From: an uncultured virus (IMG/VR IMGVR_UViG_3300025159_000001)
Lineage: Duplodnaviria > Heunggongvirae > Uroviricota > Caudoviricetes
Virus record (IMG/VR): IMGVR_UViG_3300025159_000001
DNA length: 27,470 bases
Reading direction: 5' to 3' (one strand)
The translations under genes and the position numbers were made by a program. Under the pieces are notes generated by a model. It saw nothing but the letters and a program-made list of their open reading frames with translations, was not told the origin of the DNA and ran no database searches. Shown here piece by piece: positions 9,101 to 18,433 of the stretch (within the stretch, counting starts at the first letter, position 1; every line of letters starts with the position of its first letter).

Positions 9101-11166
9101 AAAATATGTTTAAAGCCGGATTAGAGGGGGTTGAAGAAGAGATAGAGCCAGATGAATTTCAAGCCACTATGGAAGAAATCTTTGGAGAGGGTTTAGGAGG
9201 CGCAGGAACAATAGGTAGAATTAGAGCTAGGTTAGATCAAGTTATTCTTAATACTTTTGGAGGTTTAGCAGAAGATGTGGGAGGCTGGTTTGGTAGAGAC
9301 TTTGATTTACCTACAGTAACTATGGAACAGGCAGCCTTAAGAAATGCAACTCCAGAACAATTAGAGAGACTAGGAAAACTTAGAACAGAAACTCCAGCAC
9401 AAGTTACAGAGGATGTTTTAGGACGTTCTGCAATAGAACAAAGAAGATTAGCCCTTGCTTCAAAGGAGATTGGTGGCAGATTAATAGGCGATATTATTGA
9501 TGAGATTATCACAAGTTCTAAAGAAGCTCTAAGACAGAAAGCCTTTAAGGGAGAAATAAGACCTAAACAATTATTAACAGGTTTAGAGGAAACTCAGGGC
9601 TTTAAGGGGACTTTACCTAAATTATATGAAGCTTTTGGTGAACAATTTGATTTAATAGATGATTCTATTTCTGGTGCAGAAGAAACTTTAGTATCTTTTT
9701 CAGAGATACTAATAAAAGCATCTGAAGAGGACAGACTTTATCTAATCCAACTGGCTAGTGAAATTTTTGAAATAAATGCAGGATTAGAGGACGCTAAAAC
9801 TCTAGGTAGAGATTCTTTTGAATGGACTGGTGGAATTACTAAAGTAACAGATGGCGCAGCTTTATTAGCAGATAAATTAGAATTAGCTTCTAATGCAGCT
9901 AGAGTTCTTTCAGAAGAATTGAGACTTTCAGAAGTTACTCTACCACAAGTTGTATCTTTAGAAGTAGAACAGGGAGATCTCGCTAAAGTAGTAGCTAGAG
10001 CTGGAGAATATGAAGATATATTCAAAGCAGCCCTAACTCCAGATGAAAGACTAAAGTATGAAAGAGAACAAGAATTAGCTAATATTCTAGTAGAAACGTG
10101 GATAAATGCTAATCAAATAGCTTATGAAAGATTACAAGGCGGGCCTGGTACACAATTTCTTACCCAAGCTTTTAAAGATATGGTGCAATCAGGAGAGATC
10201 TCTAGAGCAATAACGGAAGGTTTAGGCTATCAATTTGTAGATTTTACACAGGCGCAATTACAAGCAATAATGCCGCAATATCAGGCAGTTAGACAGTCTA
10301 TTCTAGCACAAGGCGGAGTTTCAGAGGAAGACCCTCTATTAACTTTCTTCAAAGATTCAGCCTCTCCCGTCTATATGCAGAAAGATTGGAAAATTGTCCA
10401 ATATCTCTTACAACAAATTCTTGATGTAGAAAAGAAACAATTAGATGGTATTTATAACCTTCCTGAAGGCGCTAGTTTCTTTGTGCCAGCACAAACTTTA
10501 CAATATGCATATAATGCAGGTTTCAATGCCGCTGCTGGTGGTGGTGGCGGAGGTTTTGGTGGTGGTGGTCTTACAGACGAGCTTGCTAGACCTCCTGGGC
10601 CTTATACTAGAACCCCTTCTCAACCTATTCCTGGTCAAATGGATATAGAGAGGATAAGAGAGGCTTGGTTACAATTAAAGGATAAGGAATGGCTTAGAGA
10701 AAGAACTAGAACTTTCATACCTGAAATTGGAGAACCTACTGCATTAGATACAGATGAAGGTAAAAAATTATTTCTAGAACGGGGAGGAAAGCCCGCTATT
10801 TTACCAAAAGAGGGGGAGGGTGGAGTAATTGAACTTATTACTTCTATAGATTCTTTAGGAACTTCTTTTGCATCTAGTTTAGATGCTGCTATTCAGAGAC
10901 TTATAAACTTCTTTGCTGGTAGAGGCCCTGAAAGTATGGGGTTGAAGGGGGAGACTTTAGATTTAGAATCTATACAAACTCTTTCAGATACTAATATAGG
11001 TAAACCTGCCCCAGCTAACTTGGATTTAAACTTTAGAGCAACAGATAATATTCAACTATTAATAGATGGCAGACTTTTGGCTGCAATAGTCAAGCAGTAT
11101 ATCTTTGAAGATCTAATTAGATTTGAAGGTACTGGTGGTTCTGCTACTAGAGTGACGGTGATATAA
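6133..11166 (+). CDS. Tail tape measure protein
   Basis: 1677 aa, Ala/Gly/Leu-rich and helical; core 'ETKLADVAII...GVSVEQLNAIIAAL...GRETGNAVRAL...YGIAVQDTTGKMRPFLDI' is typical of the TP901-type core; canonical position. Confidence 0.9.
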   Translation: MAENIDRILQQLKQLQVEAGGAEQRLERLYKMLSNIVQLSARGGIPTETGVGRVTGRLLTGEQQVAGRPRVGGGAYARLSAVAGSVQTIIDEIINTQSKLAERELAAIKASSLRQTRFGAIPKTRLPTTLATPIEEQAPGYTPELAFGGVPTGIATTVRAQLLESVQKEVIRLKETLSAEVEPGETGLSTEAKKQLEELIKFYQNTANNIMKQINERVEQTLSATTPSTREFAPTVPTSAQMYADTEIEKLLAGMSKTEKMGISPVEISRMREKYEDAYNAIYGAQQKVKQGAEELDKSLKLVAQRLGGEEYAGAATKAANATGHLYDTITTTPLRAVNDEFKTFTISLNNSAGSMEKVNIYVRETAKGLEFLSKQQFLAARTVQQAPVTTEGLARSLDPFRAKRALEFAERAGFGVEQLTGVTTELPVGISRLKFEAKDAEGVMQRLNLVVDRYGKVLVQTNRRLIPFTEAIIKNAIEVTKWGAGVALVYGGMYRLQQLVRVAIDNETKLADVAIILGDAHRDLNEIFDDAAEVAKETGENINAVLETYVLAYRAVGAVEDPIRRTAAANKLLTDSTILNKLSTLDAASSIDVLAGSIRQMQQPQETMEQALERSRDLLDKWITVNRKANVDLATLATAFSITSESALNAGVSVEQLNAIIAALAEKIGGLGGRETGNAVRALIGGVYQQQASDILSRYGIAVQDTTGKMRPFLDISKEIFDLYSAKLISSDELNKIGYVLGGGVRRGQQYVAFLSDFERIQELVAVQTDATGAAQAALGRKLDTTQVSVTQLGNAFQSLAQTLGTKGGILDLMNGVIKAATLLLGLFDKMGDILGSLTVPTTVLALAGLIFSGQTGARRLDAFKYNLANVSQRFGGGIENLLLRTPGFAMQQRVAETFGQTGRAGAIGTRAGFAFQKYAPALALGSFQGLSRLSQGQTKEAGIDFAGAILGAFATGGSPIGALIGSAIADTFVATALAHEPEFENLFKNMFKAGLEGVEEEIEPDEFQATMEEIFGEGLGGAGTIGRIRARLDQVILNTFGGLAEDVGGWFGRDFDLPTVTMEQAALRNATPEQLERLGKLRTETPAQVTEDVLGRSAIEQRRLALASKEIGGRLIGDIIDEIITSSKEALRQKAFKGEIRPKQLLTGLEETQGFKGTLPKLYEAFGEQFDLIDDSISGAEETLVSFSEILIKASEEDRLYLIQLASEIFEINAGLEDAKTLGRDSFEWTGGITKVTDGAALLADKLELASNAARVLSEELRLSEVTLPQVVSLEVEQGDLAKVVARAGEYEDIFKAALTPDERLKYEREQELANILVETWINANQIAYERLQGGPGTQFLTQAFKDMVQSGEISRAITEGLGYQFVDFTQAQLQAIMPQYQAVRQSILAQGGVSEEDPLLTFFKDSASPVYMQKDWKIVQYLLQQILDVEKKQLDGIYNLPEGASFFVPAQTLQYAYNAGFNAAAGGGGGGFGGGGLTDELARPPGPYTRTPSQPIPGQMDIERIREAWLQLKDKEWLRERTRTFIPEIGEPTALDTDEGKKLFLERGGKPAILPKEGEGGVIELITSIDSLGTSFASSLDAAIQRLINFFAGRGPESMGLKGETLDLESIQTLSDTNIGKPAPANLDLNFRATDNIQLLIDGRLLAAIVKQYIFEDLIRFEGTGGSATRVTVI

Positions 11167-11167
11167 A

Positions 11168-11533
11168 ATGTGGACTTACGGCGGGATTCGCATATACCCT
11201 CAAGAATTCAATGAGGAAACAAAACAAATTATTGCAAGACTAACTCCTCTACTATCAAATACTGTACATCATATATTTGGTTGGGAAGATCCAATAGTTA
11301 AACTACCCTCTTATATAGTTGGTAGTGGAAATATGGATACTATAAAAGCCATGACTAGAGATGGTGTTACACATGCTTTAACATCTACTTATTCTATCTA
11401 TGGCACAGCAGACTTTTATCTAAATAGTTTAAGTATTAAAATGTTAAATAATGTCTCTCAATGTATTGATACCTCTCAACCAGAAGATGCACCAGTTTAT
11501 TTAGTAGATTTGGAATTATTCCAAGATGTCTAA
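11168..11533 (+). CDS. Putative distal tail (Dit-like) protein
   Basis: 121-aa beta-rich ORF immediately after the tape measure; position-based call. Confidence 0.5.
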   Translation: MWTYGGIRIYPQEFNEETKQIIARLTPLLSNTVHHIFGWEDPIVKLPSYIVGSGNMDTIKAMTRDGVTHALTSTYSIYGTADFYLNSLSIKMLNNVSQCIDTSQPEDAPVYLVDLELFQDV

Positions 11534-12515
11534 ATTATACGCTACTGTGACTAATACAAGCAATTTAGATAGCATAATTATCAATACTGCACATACAGCA
11601 GCGACCTCTACAGCTATTATCAATGCTAAAAATACCAGTTTGAATTTAGGAGATGCTATAGCTGTTGATTTAGGTTATGATACAGATCACGCACAAATCT
11701 TCTCAGGTTTTGTCAAACAAGTAGAGAAAAGAGCGCCAGATAATACTTATACAATTACTGCACACGATGTCTTAATTAGAGCAATAGATTATTTTATCGC
11801 ATCTTCAAATCCAGAAGAGCCTTTTTCTAGAAGAAATATTCGTGCAGAATTCCTTGTGAGAGATTTACTAGAGTTAGCCGGACTTACAAACTATATATAT
11901 GATGCTACATTTTTTACCTTTGCTGTAAGTTCTGTTGCAGAGGTTAATTTAGTCTCATCTTATGATTATTGCAAAAACATCGCTGATTTACTAACTTGGC
12001 ATTTATTTGCAGACCAGAGTGGTTTTGTACATTTTGAAAACAGAAAACCCCATGTAATGCTTGCAGGTAGCCCAGAATCTCAACAACCAGGATTTGTAGC
12101 GGATACTCCCATAGCTACTATTACAGACCCCCAAATTTTAAATATAACTCACATGATCTCAGAAAGGGATTTAAGAAATAGAGTTGTAGTATATGGCAGT
12201 ACAGGTATATATGCAGAAGCCTCGGAATCCAGTCCTTATTTACCATCAGGATTTTACAAAACTGCTGTTCTAGCTACACCCCTAATAGATAGACAAAATA
12301 TTGCACAAGATTCTGCTGATTATAACTTAGCTTTATTTAATAGGCTTACTGAACAAGTTTCTATGGGTATTTTAGGAAATTGGAGATATACTGCTAGAAA
12401 CGTTTTAACTATAAATGAAAGTATTCTAGGTTTTAATAAAGATATGTATATTTTAATAGCTGAACATAACTGGAGTAAAAATGGTTATGTTGTGACAATG
12501 GACTTAAGGAGATAA
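11526..12515 (+). CDS. Baseplate hub/tail tip protein (gp27/XkdQ-like)
   Basis: 329 aa; 'LGDAIAVDLGY...IFSGFVKQVE...YTITAHD', 'LFADQSGFVHF' and 'LRNRVVVYG' follow the hub-protein pattern. Confidence 0.65.
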   Translation: MSKLYATVTNTSNLDSIIINTAHTAATSTAIINAKNTSLNLGDAIAVDLGYDTDHAQIFSGFVKQVEKRAPDNTYTITAHDVLIRAIDYFIASSNPEEPFSRRNIRAEFLVRDLLELAGLTNYIYDATFFTFAVSSVAEVNLVSSYDYCKNIADLLTWHLFADQSGFVHFENRKPHVMLAGSPESQQPGFVADTPIATITDPQILNITHMISERDLRNRVVVYGSTGIYAEASESSPYLPSGFYKTAVLATPLIDRQNIAQDSADYNLALFNRLTEQVSMGILGNWRYTARNVLTINESILGFNKDMYILIAEHNWSKNGYVVTMDLRR

Positions 12516-15500
12516 ATGCCCCCCGCTATTGAACATAATAATGTCAATGTATCTAATCATCTTATAAGATACACTAGAAACCAACAAGTTTGTACGGGGG
12601 TTGGTAGGCTTATAGTAGTATTTCATTTTGATATACCAAGAACTTTTGTAACTTGGGATACTATTGAATTATTTGAAAATGGACAAAAAGTAGGTACTTA
12701 TAATGTCTCTACAATAAAAAAAGATGTTACTACCGGAGAAATAGAACTAGAATGTCAAGATGACTCTAAAAGATTGATGGACTATTTTATTTCAGATTCT
12801 TATATCATAGATTATTTCTCTTACTCTAGATATTGGATAGAGAAATTTTTAGATGAGGCTGGGATTTCTTATCAATTTACTATCTCTTCAGGAGATCAAG
12901 GTACACCCCTATCTAATAATACTTCTTTGGGTTTAGATTATGCTTATAATATTATAACAGGACTTTTACAACAAAATGGTTGGTATTTATACTTCAATCA
13001 AAATAATACAGCTATTATCGGAGATTTAAGTCCTTCAGATATTTCTTATGACCATTATATAGTAGATGAAGATATTATAAATATAAATTACACTAGAAAT
13101 GATTCTAAACTGAGAAATCGTGCAGTAGTTTGGGGTTCAGGAAACCCTTCTACTGGAGAATGGATATTTGCTGATATTTCTGTACATACACCTTGGAATT
13201 ATGATACTTTAGATAAAAGGGCTATAGTATTAGCTAATAGTAATATCAGAAGTATAACAGATGCAGAACTTCTAGCTGCTGGAATGATTTCGGAATTTGC
13301 TAGAATAGACAAGATAACTGTATTAGATTTAGCAGATCATTACAGTAATATAAAAATTGGAGATATTTGTTATGTACGCTCTACTTTCCACAGCGGTAGA
13401 GCATTGGTAACAACCCTTTCCTCAGAGGGTAATAGAAATGGTTTTACTACTAATGTAATTCTAAATGAGAGATGTCCTAGACTCTTTGCATGGTTTTCTT
13501 ATGGGCCTTCAGATGATATTACTGTCTATGCAGGTACTTGGGGTAGTGGTGTATATAGAAAACCTTATGGTGCATTTACTTGGTATCCTTACAATACTGG
13601 TTTAGATTTAGAAGATTATAATATTAAAGATCTATTTGTAAAAGCAGGAAATCTATCTCTAGTTTCTGAAACTGGTTATTTATACCAAGCAGATATTGTG
13701 AGTAATTTTTGGTATAAATATTTACATACAGATCTAATAGATTCTGATAGCATTATCTACCCCGCTAGCGGTATCAAAGCTATGGCTTGTAGCATGGATC
13801 TTAATAATAATACTGTAGTAGGTTATACTTATTCAGGAGAGTTACTAGAATCTGGAGAGTCTAGATCTTGGGTATTAGCTCTAAATCCTTATGGAGTATT
13901 GCAATACCAACAACAGATAGAAATTGATAATCAGAAAAATATAACTATTTTAGATTTGGAATCTACCGGAGAATATAATATTATTTCTGTTTCAGGCGTA
14001 ACTTCTGAATTAATGTTCTGGTATTCAAACAATTTAAATCAGGGTTCTAAGAAAGTCCAATATATTGATACTCGTTTTTGGGATGATAATAACCCCGTAG
14101 CAGAGGAGGATTGCTATGTAATTGGGCCTAGATTTGGGACAACCCCCCTGTCTATATTTGAAAGAAGCTTTACTTGTGATACCCTGCCTTATATAGATGA
14201 GGATAGATTTTTTTGGGGGGCTAATTTAGGGTCTACTAGCGGCGCTGTTTTTAAATTTGATGTTGATGATTATTCTGATCCTGGACAGGGTTGGAACTTT
14301 ACTATGGAAACCGCCTATCCTAGAGCACCAACCGGGAGTTTAGCAGAAACTTTTATTAAAAAGATTGGTAATAAAATCCATTTAATAGTTATAATGCATC
14401 CTGGAGGCTCATCCGATCCCGATCTTGCATTTTTCCATGATGAATACACATTAGGAGATTCTGTAACAGTAAGAAAATATTCCAATACTTTTGAGAGACC
14501 TTTTGGGGGAACTTCAATAGAACATCAAGTATATTCAAGTGAAGATACAATAGGATTAAGTATTTTATGGAGATATTTCGGTGCTTTTAGTTCAAAACTA
14601 TTTGTATATGATGTTTTATCTTCTTCAGGAAATTTAATAACCTTCAAAGAAGTTTTAACACCAGTGCAGCTTAATTCTTATATTATATTCCCCCTATTAA
14701 CAGAAAGTGGGTTTCAAATTGTATATTTTCATACAATAAAAAATTATGAATTTCCAGTTTTTCCTTTCGGCGCTTTTTTAGGTATTAATGTAAATTATAA
14801 CTTTATACATCTGAATAGATTTGGTGGAGTCAGTTCTGGTATACCAACTCCAATTTTTGAATTAGCTGACGGCCCTTATACTGACGCTGAATTTAAAATA
14901 CATAATATAAACAATATTAATGGAGAGGGAAGGCCCGTTACTTCTCCAGAGGGAAGTTTTAGTTGGGTAATGGGAGAATTAGATTTTATAAAAGAACCTT
15001 CTCCAAGTGTATATTATAGAACTAGAATTCAACAACATATTCAACTTCCTACAGGGGTGGTTAATACTACGGGAATCTGGACTGGATTGACAACAGATAA
15101 GTATTGGGACAATAGGGGGATTGCTTATCAAGAAAATTATGATCCTCTAGATATTATAGGAGTTTTTTGTGGAGGAGTTTCTAGAAGAAATGGCTCTTCT
15201 TATTTTGTAACTATTGCAGCAAATAAAGACTTAGAACCCAATGTTTATTTGAACTTTATATCTGCAAATGGAGTTAGACATTCTCGTTGTAATTTAACAA
15301 CTAATTTTGGTTTGGATTTTGATAAAGTTTGGGGTAGTAATCAGTATATATCTTATAATGCGTTTAAACTGGCAGATGATATTGATGGTACTATTTACAT
15401 ACCTTTAGATCCGGATGCCTTTGAAACTCAAGGGCCACAAGAGGTTGTAGGTTTTCAACCTCTAAATGGAGTGCCTGTAAAGACTATAACAGGCTGGAGA

Positions 15501-16259
15501 TCTTTTGGGCCATCACCATCCGTGCCTACTTTTGCTGGAGGAATGTTGGGAGGTATAACATCAAGTATAAGCCTCTTCCCAGGTGTAAGACATTCAATCA
15601 TGACCTGGGATGCAGGTTATGATAATTTACCTACAAGCCCTTATAATATTCTAAAGCATGTACCAGAATCTGCATCAATTGAAGATGTTATAGGTTCTTT
15701 TGAGAATATTTATAATACCCCTAAACCTTGTAAAGTAGAAATATCTAAAGGCTCTCCCACAGTTCTTTATAGTTTAACAGTCTCTGGTGAAATGGGTTAT
15801 GAAGAAAGTTTTATAGCACTTTCTACAACTAATTTAGCTAATGATTTTTATCAACCACCTTTAGGATTAACTGCATTTGATGCCAGAGTGTTTGATGTCT
15901 TTGATCCCGCTACTTTTATTCTAGAGAGCGGTGCGTTACCTACAGGTTTATTAGATAGATATGTAGGTGTAGCTGTAGGCTCTGGAATTATGATAATTCC
16001 TTACAATGATTTTACATTAGGTTGGCAGAATCTAATTTCTGTCAGTGGGGTTGGAATCGCTAGTGGAATATATCCTAGTGGGGTGGGAATTACAACTTTA
16101 GAGACTACTAATTATACTATTAGTCCTTACGTCTTTTTTAGTGTAAGTGGTGCTGGACAATTCTATCAAAGAAATCCTTTTGAAAGCTTTTGGAGAGAGT
16201 ATTCTACAGGACTACCCCCCGCTACTATTACAATATTAAGGGTTGATGACGAGGCATAA
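12516..16259 (+). CDS. Large tail tip protein: N-terminal hub domain plus C-terminal beta-propeller-like/receptor-binding region
   Basis: 1247 aa. The first ~320 aa parallel the preceding gene (LRNRAVVWG; WYLYFNQNN). Propeller-type motifs VYAGTWGSGVYRK...WYPYNTGL and WREYSTGLPPATITIL. Confidence 0.7.
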   Translation: MPPAIEHNNVNVSNHLIRYTRNQQVCTGVGRLIVVFHFDIPRTFVTWDTIELFENGQKVGTYNVSTIKKDVTTGEIELECQDDSKRLMDYFISDSYIIDYFSYSRYWIEKFLDEAGISYQFTISSGDQGTPLSNNTSLGLDYAYNIITGLLQQNGWYLYFNQNNTAIIGDLSPSDISYDHYIVDEDIININYTRNDSKLRNRAVVWGSGNPSTGEWIFADISVHTPWNYDTLDKRAIVLANSNIRSITDAELLAAGMISEFARIDKITVLDLADHYSNIKIGDICYVRSTFHSGRALVTTLSSEGNRNGFTTNVILNERCPRLFAWFSYGPSDDITVYAGTWGSGVYRKPYGAFTWYPYNTGLDLEDYNIKDLFVKAGNLSLVSETGYLYQADIVSNFWYKYLHTDLIDSDSIIYPASGIKAMACSMDLNNNTVVGYTYSGELLESGESRSWVLALNPYGVLQYQQQIEIDNQKNITILDLESTGEYNIISVSGVTSELMFWYSNNLNQGSKKVQYIDTRFWDDNNPVAEEDCYVIGPRFGTTPLSIFERSFTCDTLPYIDEDRFFWGANLGSTSGAVFKFDVDDYSDPGQGWNFTMETAYPRAPTGSLAETFIKKIGNKIHLIVIMHPGGSSDPDLAFFHDEYTLGDSVTVRKYSNTFERPFGGTSIEHQVYSSEDTIGLSILWRYFGAFSSKLFVYDVLSSSGNLITFKEVLTPVQLNSYIIFPLLTESGFQIVYFHTIKNYEFPVFPFGAFLGINVNYNFIHLNRFGGVSSGIPTPIFELADGPYTDAEFKIHNINNINGEGRPVTSPEGSFSWVMGELDFIKEPSPSVYYRTRIQQHIQLPTGVVNTTGIWTGLTTDKYWDNRGIAYQENYDPLDIIGVFCGGVSRRNGSSYFVTIAANKDLEPNVYLNFISANGVRHSRCNLTTNFGLDFDKVWGSNQYISYNAFKLADDIDGTIYIPLDPDAFETQGPQEVVGFQPLNGVPVKTITGWRSFGPSPSVPTFAGGMLGGITSSISLFPGVRHSIMTWDAGYDNLPTSPYNILKHVPESASIEDVIGSFENIYNTPKPCKVEISKGSPTVLYSLTVSGEMGYEESFIALSTTNLANDFYQPPLGLTAFDARVFDVFDPATFILESGALPTGLLDRYVGVAVGSGIMIIPYNDFTLGWQNLISVSGVGIASGIYPSGVGITTLETTNYTISPYVFFSVSGAGQFYQRNPFESFWREYSTGLPPATITILRVDDEA

Positions 16260-16261
16260 AA

Positions 16262-17308
16262 ATGAGATTTGAAGCACAATTTTTTGAATATTTACAACAA
16301 CTATTAAGAATCAACAATGCCAGACCTGTAATGTTAGGTGGATATTCTGCTTCTGGTGGAGGCGCTGGTGGCGCGCCTGGAGGATTTATTGGCTATCTAC
16401 CACAGACTAGAGTAGCTTACGATCTGACAGAGGGGGCTATGCTAGGCTTTGTAGAACCTGGCGCTATAAATGCCTCTGGAGAGGTTGTCAGCGGCAGTTT
16501 ATTAGATAACTTAAATCATATCAGATATAGGATAGAACAAATAGAAGGTGGTGGTGGAGTAAATATTTGGGAAGATGGCACTTTAGTAGCTTCTGGAATT
16601 ACTATTCTAGATTTTCTAACAGATCATATTGTAGATATGGGCGGCGGTAGGGTAACTATCAGCGGTGCTGAAAGTGTTACTTTTCTAGATTTAACAGATA
16701 CTCCAGATACTTATACAAATCAAGGTAATAAAATAGTTACTGTTAAGGGAGATGAAACAGGCTTAGAGTTCATTACTGTCAGTAGTGGGGGAGGAGGAGA
16801 TACTTTTAAAGTTAAAATCTCTAGTGATGATACCACAGAAGACTTCTTAGAAAATAAATTAGTAGCTGGTACTAATATATCTATATTAACTCTAAATGAT
16901 GGTGCTAATGAGGATTTAGAAATATCTATAAGTGGGTTGGAGTATTCAGAATTAGAAAATAGACCTTATAGAGTTATAACCTTTGGTCTACCAGGAACTT
17001 TAGAAGTAAAAACTCTAGAACCTAGATTACATGCCCCATTTGCAGGTACTATAGCAAATGTAACCGCTGCTGTAAATACTGCCCCTCAAGGGGATGATAT
17101 TATAATTGATGTTTTTAAGAATGGTTCTACTATTTTTACTACATCAGGAAATAGACCAACTATTCTAGATACGGAGTTAGATGATTTATCAAGTATACCA
17201 GATATTGTATCAGTTTCCTTAAATGATGTTTTTAAAGTCGGTATCATTCAAGTAGGCACTACAGTTTCTGGAGAAGATTTAGTAGTACAAATAAGGTGCG
17301 AGGTATAA
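16262..17308 (+). CDS. Tail fibre-like protein
   Basis: 348 aa with Gly linkers; phage fibre-type modules TFLDLTDTPDTYTNQGNKIVTVKGDETGLEF and VKISSDDTTEDFLENKLVAGTNI; C-terminal beta domain. Confidence 0.65.
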   Translation: MRFEAQFFEYLQQLLRINNARPVMLGGYSASGGGAGGAPGGFIGYLPQTRVAYDLTEGAMLGFVEPGAINASGEVVSGSLLDNLNHIRYRIEQIEGGGGVNIWEDGTLVASGITILDFLTDHIVDMGGGRVTISGAESVTFLDLTDTPDTYTNQGNKIVTVKGDETGLEFITVSSGGGGDTFKVKISSDDTTEDFLENKLVAGTNISILTLNDGANEDLEISISGLEYSELENRPYRVITFGLPGTLEVKTLEPRLHAPFAGTIANVTAAVNTAPQGDDIIIDVFKNGSTIFTTSGNRPTILDTELDDLSSIPDIVSVSLNDVFKVGIIQVGTTVSGEDLVVQIRCEV

Positions 17309-18369
17309 TGAGTATAAATATAACTAAAGAATTTGGGCCAAGCTCAGGAATGACTTTTACTGTATCTACTATAAGTAGTCATTCCTTAAGTGATTCTGAT
17401 GACCAAATAAGTTTTTTCTTTTCTGTGCCTAAATCTGGTACTATTACAAAATTAGGCTTTTATATCCCCTCATATATTGGTACTCCTCCAGCCTATAATT
17501 TAGGTTTAGTAAACTTGGATAGTAGCGGTTCTGCTGATTCTACGTCTCCTTACGGAGGTAGTTCAATACATTCTTATACACCAGATAGTGCAGGTTGGAA
17601 GTGGGTAACTTTAGACGATCCTGCCGATTCAGCTACAGTTGGAGATATAGTAGCTATCCATATTTATTCAGGCGCTACTCCACCAGATGTTAATAATAGG
17701 ATTACTATATCTTATACTCCTTTTGGTAGTACAGGTATACCTAGGTATCAACGCTATTCTACAAGTTTAATCAGAGGAAATGGAATCCCTCCTTTTGGGA
17801 TAGAATATGATGATGGTTCTATTTATGGTATGCCTACAATTACAACAAGTGCTATAGATATTAATAATGGCACTACACCAGATGAAGTTGGAATGAAATT
17901 TCTAGCTCCTATGGATATAAATTGTATGGGTTGTACTTTCTCTGTTTTAGAATTAGGAACAGACCCCTCTTTTGATATTGTTCTTTATGATAGCACTAGC
18001 ACAGCGTTAAGGACTCTTACAATTTCTAATATTAATTACATAAATGGTGGTTTAGGAGCAGTTAGCAATAGAATCTATTTTTATTGGAATCCAATTACTT
18101 TAGACAAGGATTCTCTCTATAGACTTGTAGCTAAACCTACAAGCTCTGAAAGTATTAGATTGGTAAGTTGGGAATTTGAAAGCTCTAATTCAAGGGCTAA
18201 CAATGGTATTCTAGATACAGCAAATTGGGTACTAACTCAAAGAACTGATGGTGGTTCTTGGACAGATACAGATACTAAAATTAGTGCTGTAGCCATTATA
18301 GGGAACTCTTTAGACATTCCTGGTACTGGTGGAGGAGGAATTGGGGGTGCTTATGCTTATGTTGGATAA
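17308..18369 (+). CDS. Putative receptor-binding/minor tail protein with two tandem beta-sandwich domains
   Basis: ATG at 17308 overlaps the upstream TAA and follows GAGGT; 353 aa, Ser/Thr-rich; internal duplication (DQISFFFSVPKSGTITKLGF vs DEVGMKFLAPMDINCMGCTF). Confidence 0.6.
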   Translation: MSINITKEFGPSSGMTFTVSTISSHSLSDSDDQISFFFSVPKSGTITKLGFYIPSYIGTPPAYNLGLVNLDSSGSADSTSPYGGSSIHSYTPDSAGWKWVTLDDPADSATVGDIVAIHIYSGATPPDVNNRITISYTPFGSTGIPRYQRYSTSLIRGNGIPPFGIEYDDGSIYGMPTITTSAIDINNGTTPDEVGMKFLAPMDINCMGCTFSVLELGTDPSFDIVLYDSTSTALRTLTISNINYINGGLGAVSNRIYFYWNPITLDKDSLYRLVAKPTSSESIRLVSWEFESSNSRANNGILDTANWVLTQRTDGGSWTDTDTKISAVAIIGNSLDIPGTGGGGIGGAYAYVG

Positions 18370-18390
18370 TTATCAATTCTCAACTTATTT

Positions 18391-18399
18391 TGATATAAT
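18391..18399 (+). promoter_or_regulatory. Extended -10 promoter (TGaTATAAT) upstream of the lysis cassette
   Basis: TGnTATAAT in the intergenic gap before the lysis genes; no clear -35. Confidence 0.5.
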
Positions 18400-18433
18400 T
18401 AATATTGAAGTAAGTTTATTTTAGGAGTTTTCT

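Noticed and set aside
6773..10648. Short minus-strand and alternate-frame ORFs inside the tape measure gene (also 1358-1576, 20005-20238)
   Set aside because: Shadow ORFs of long real genes; no RBS or recognisable motifs.
16262..18369. Diversity-generating retroelement target in the tail fibre genes
   Set aside because: No template/variable repeat pair or reverse transcriptase is visible in the window.
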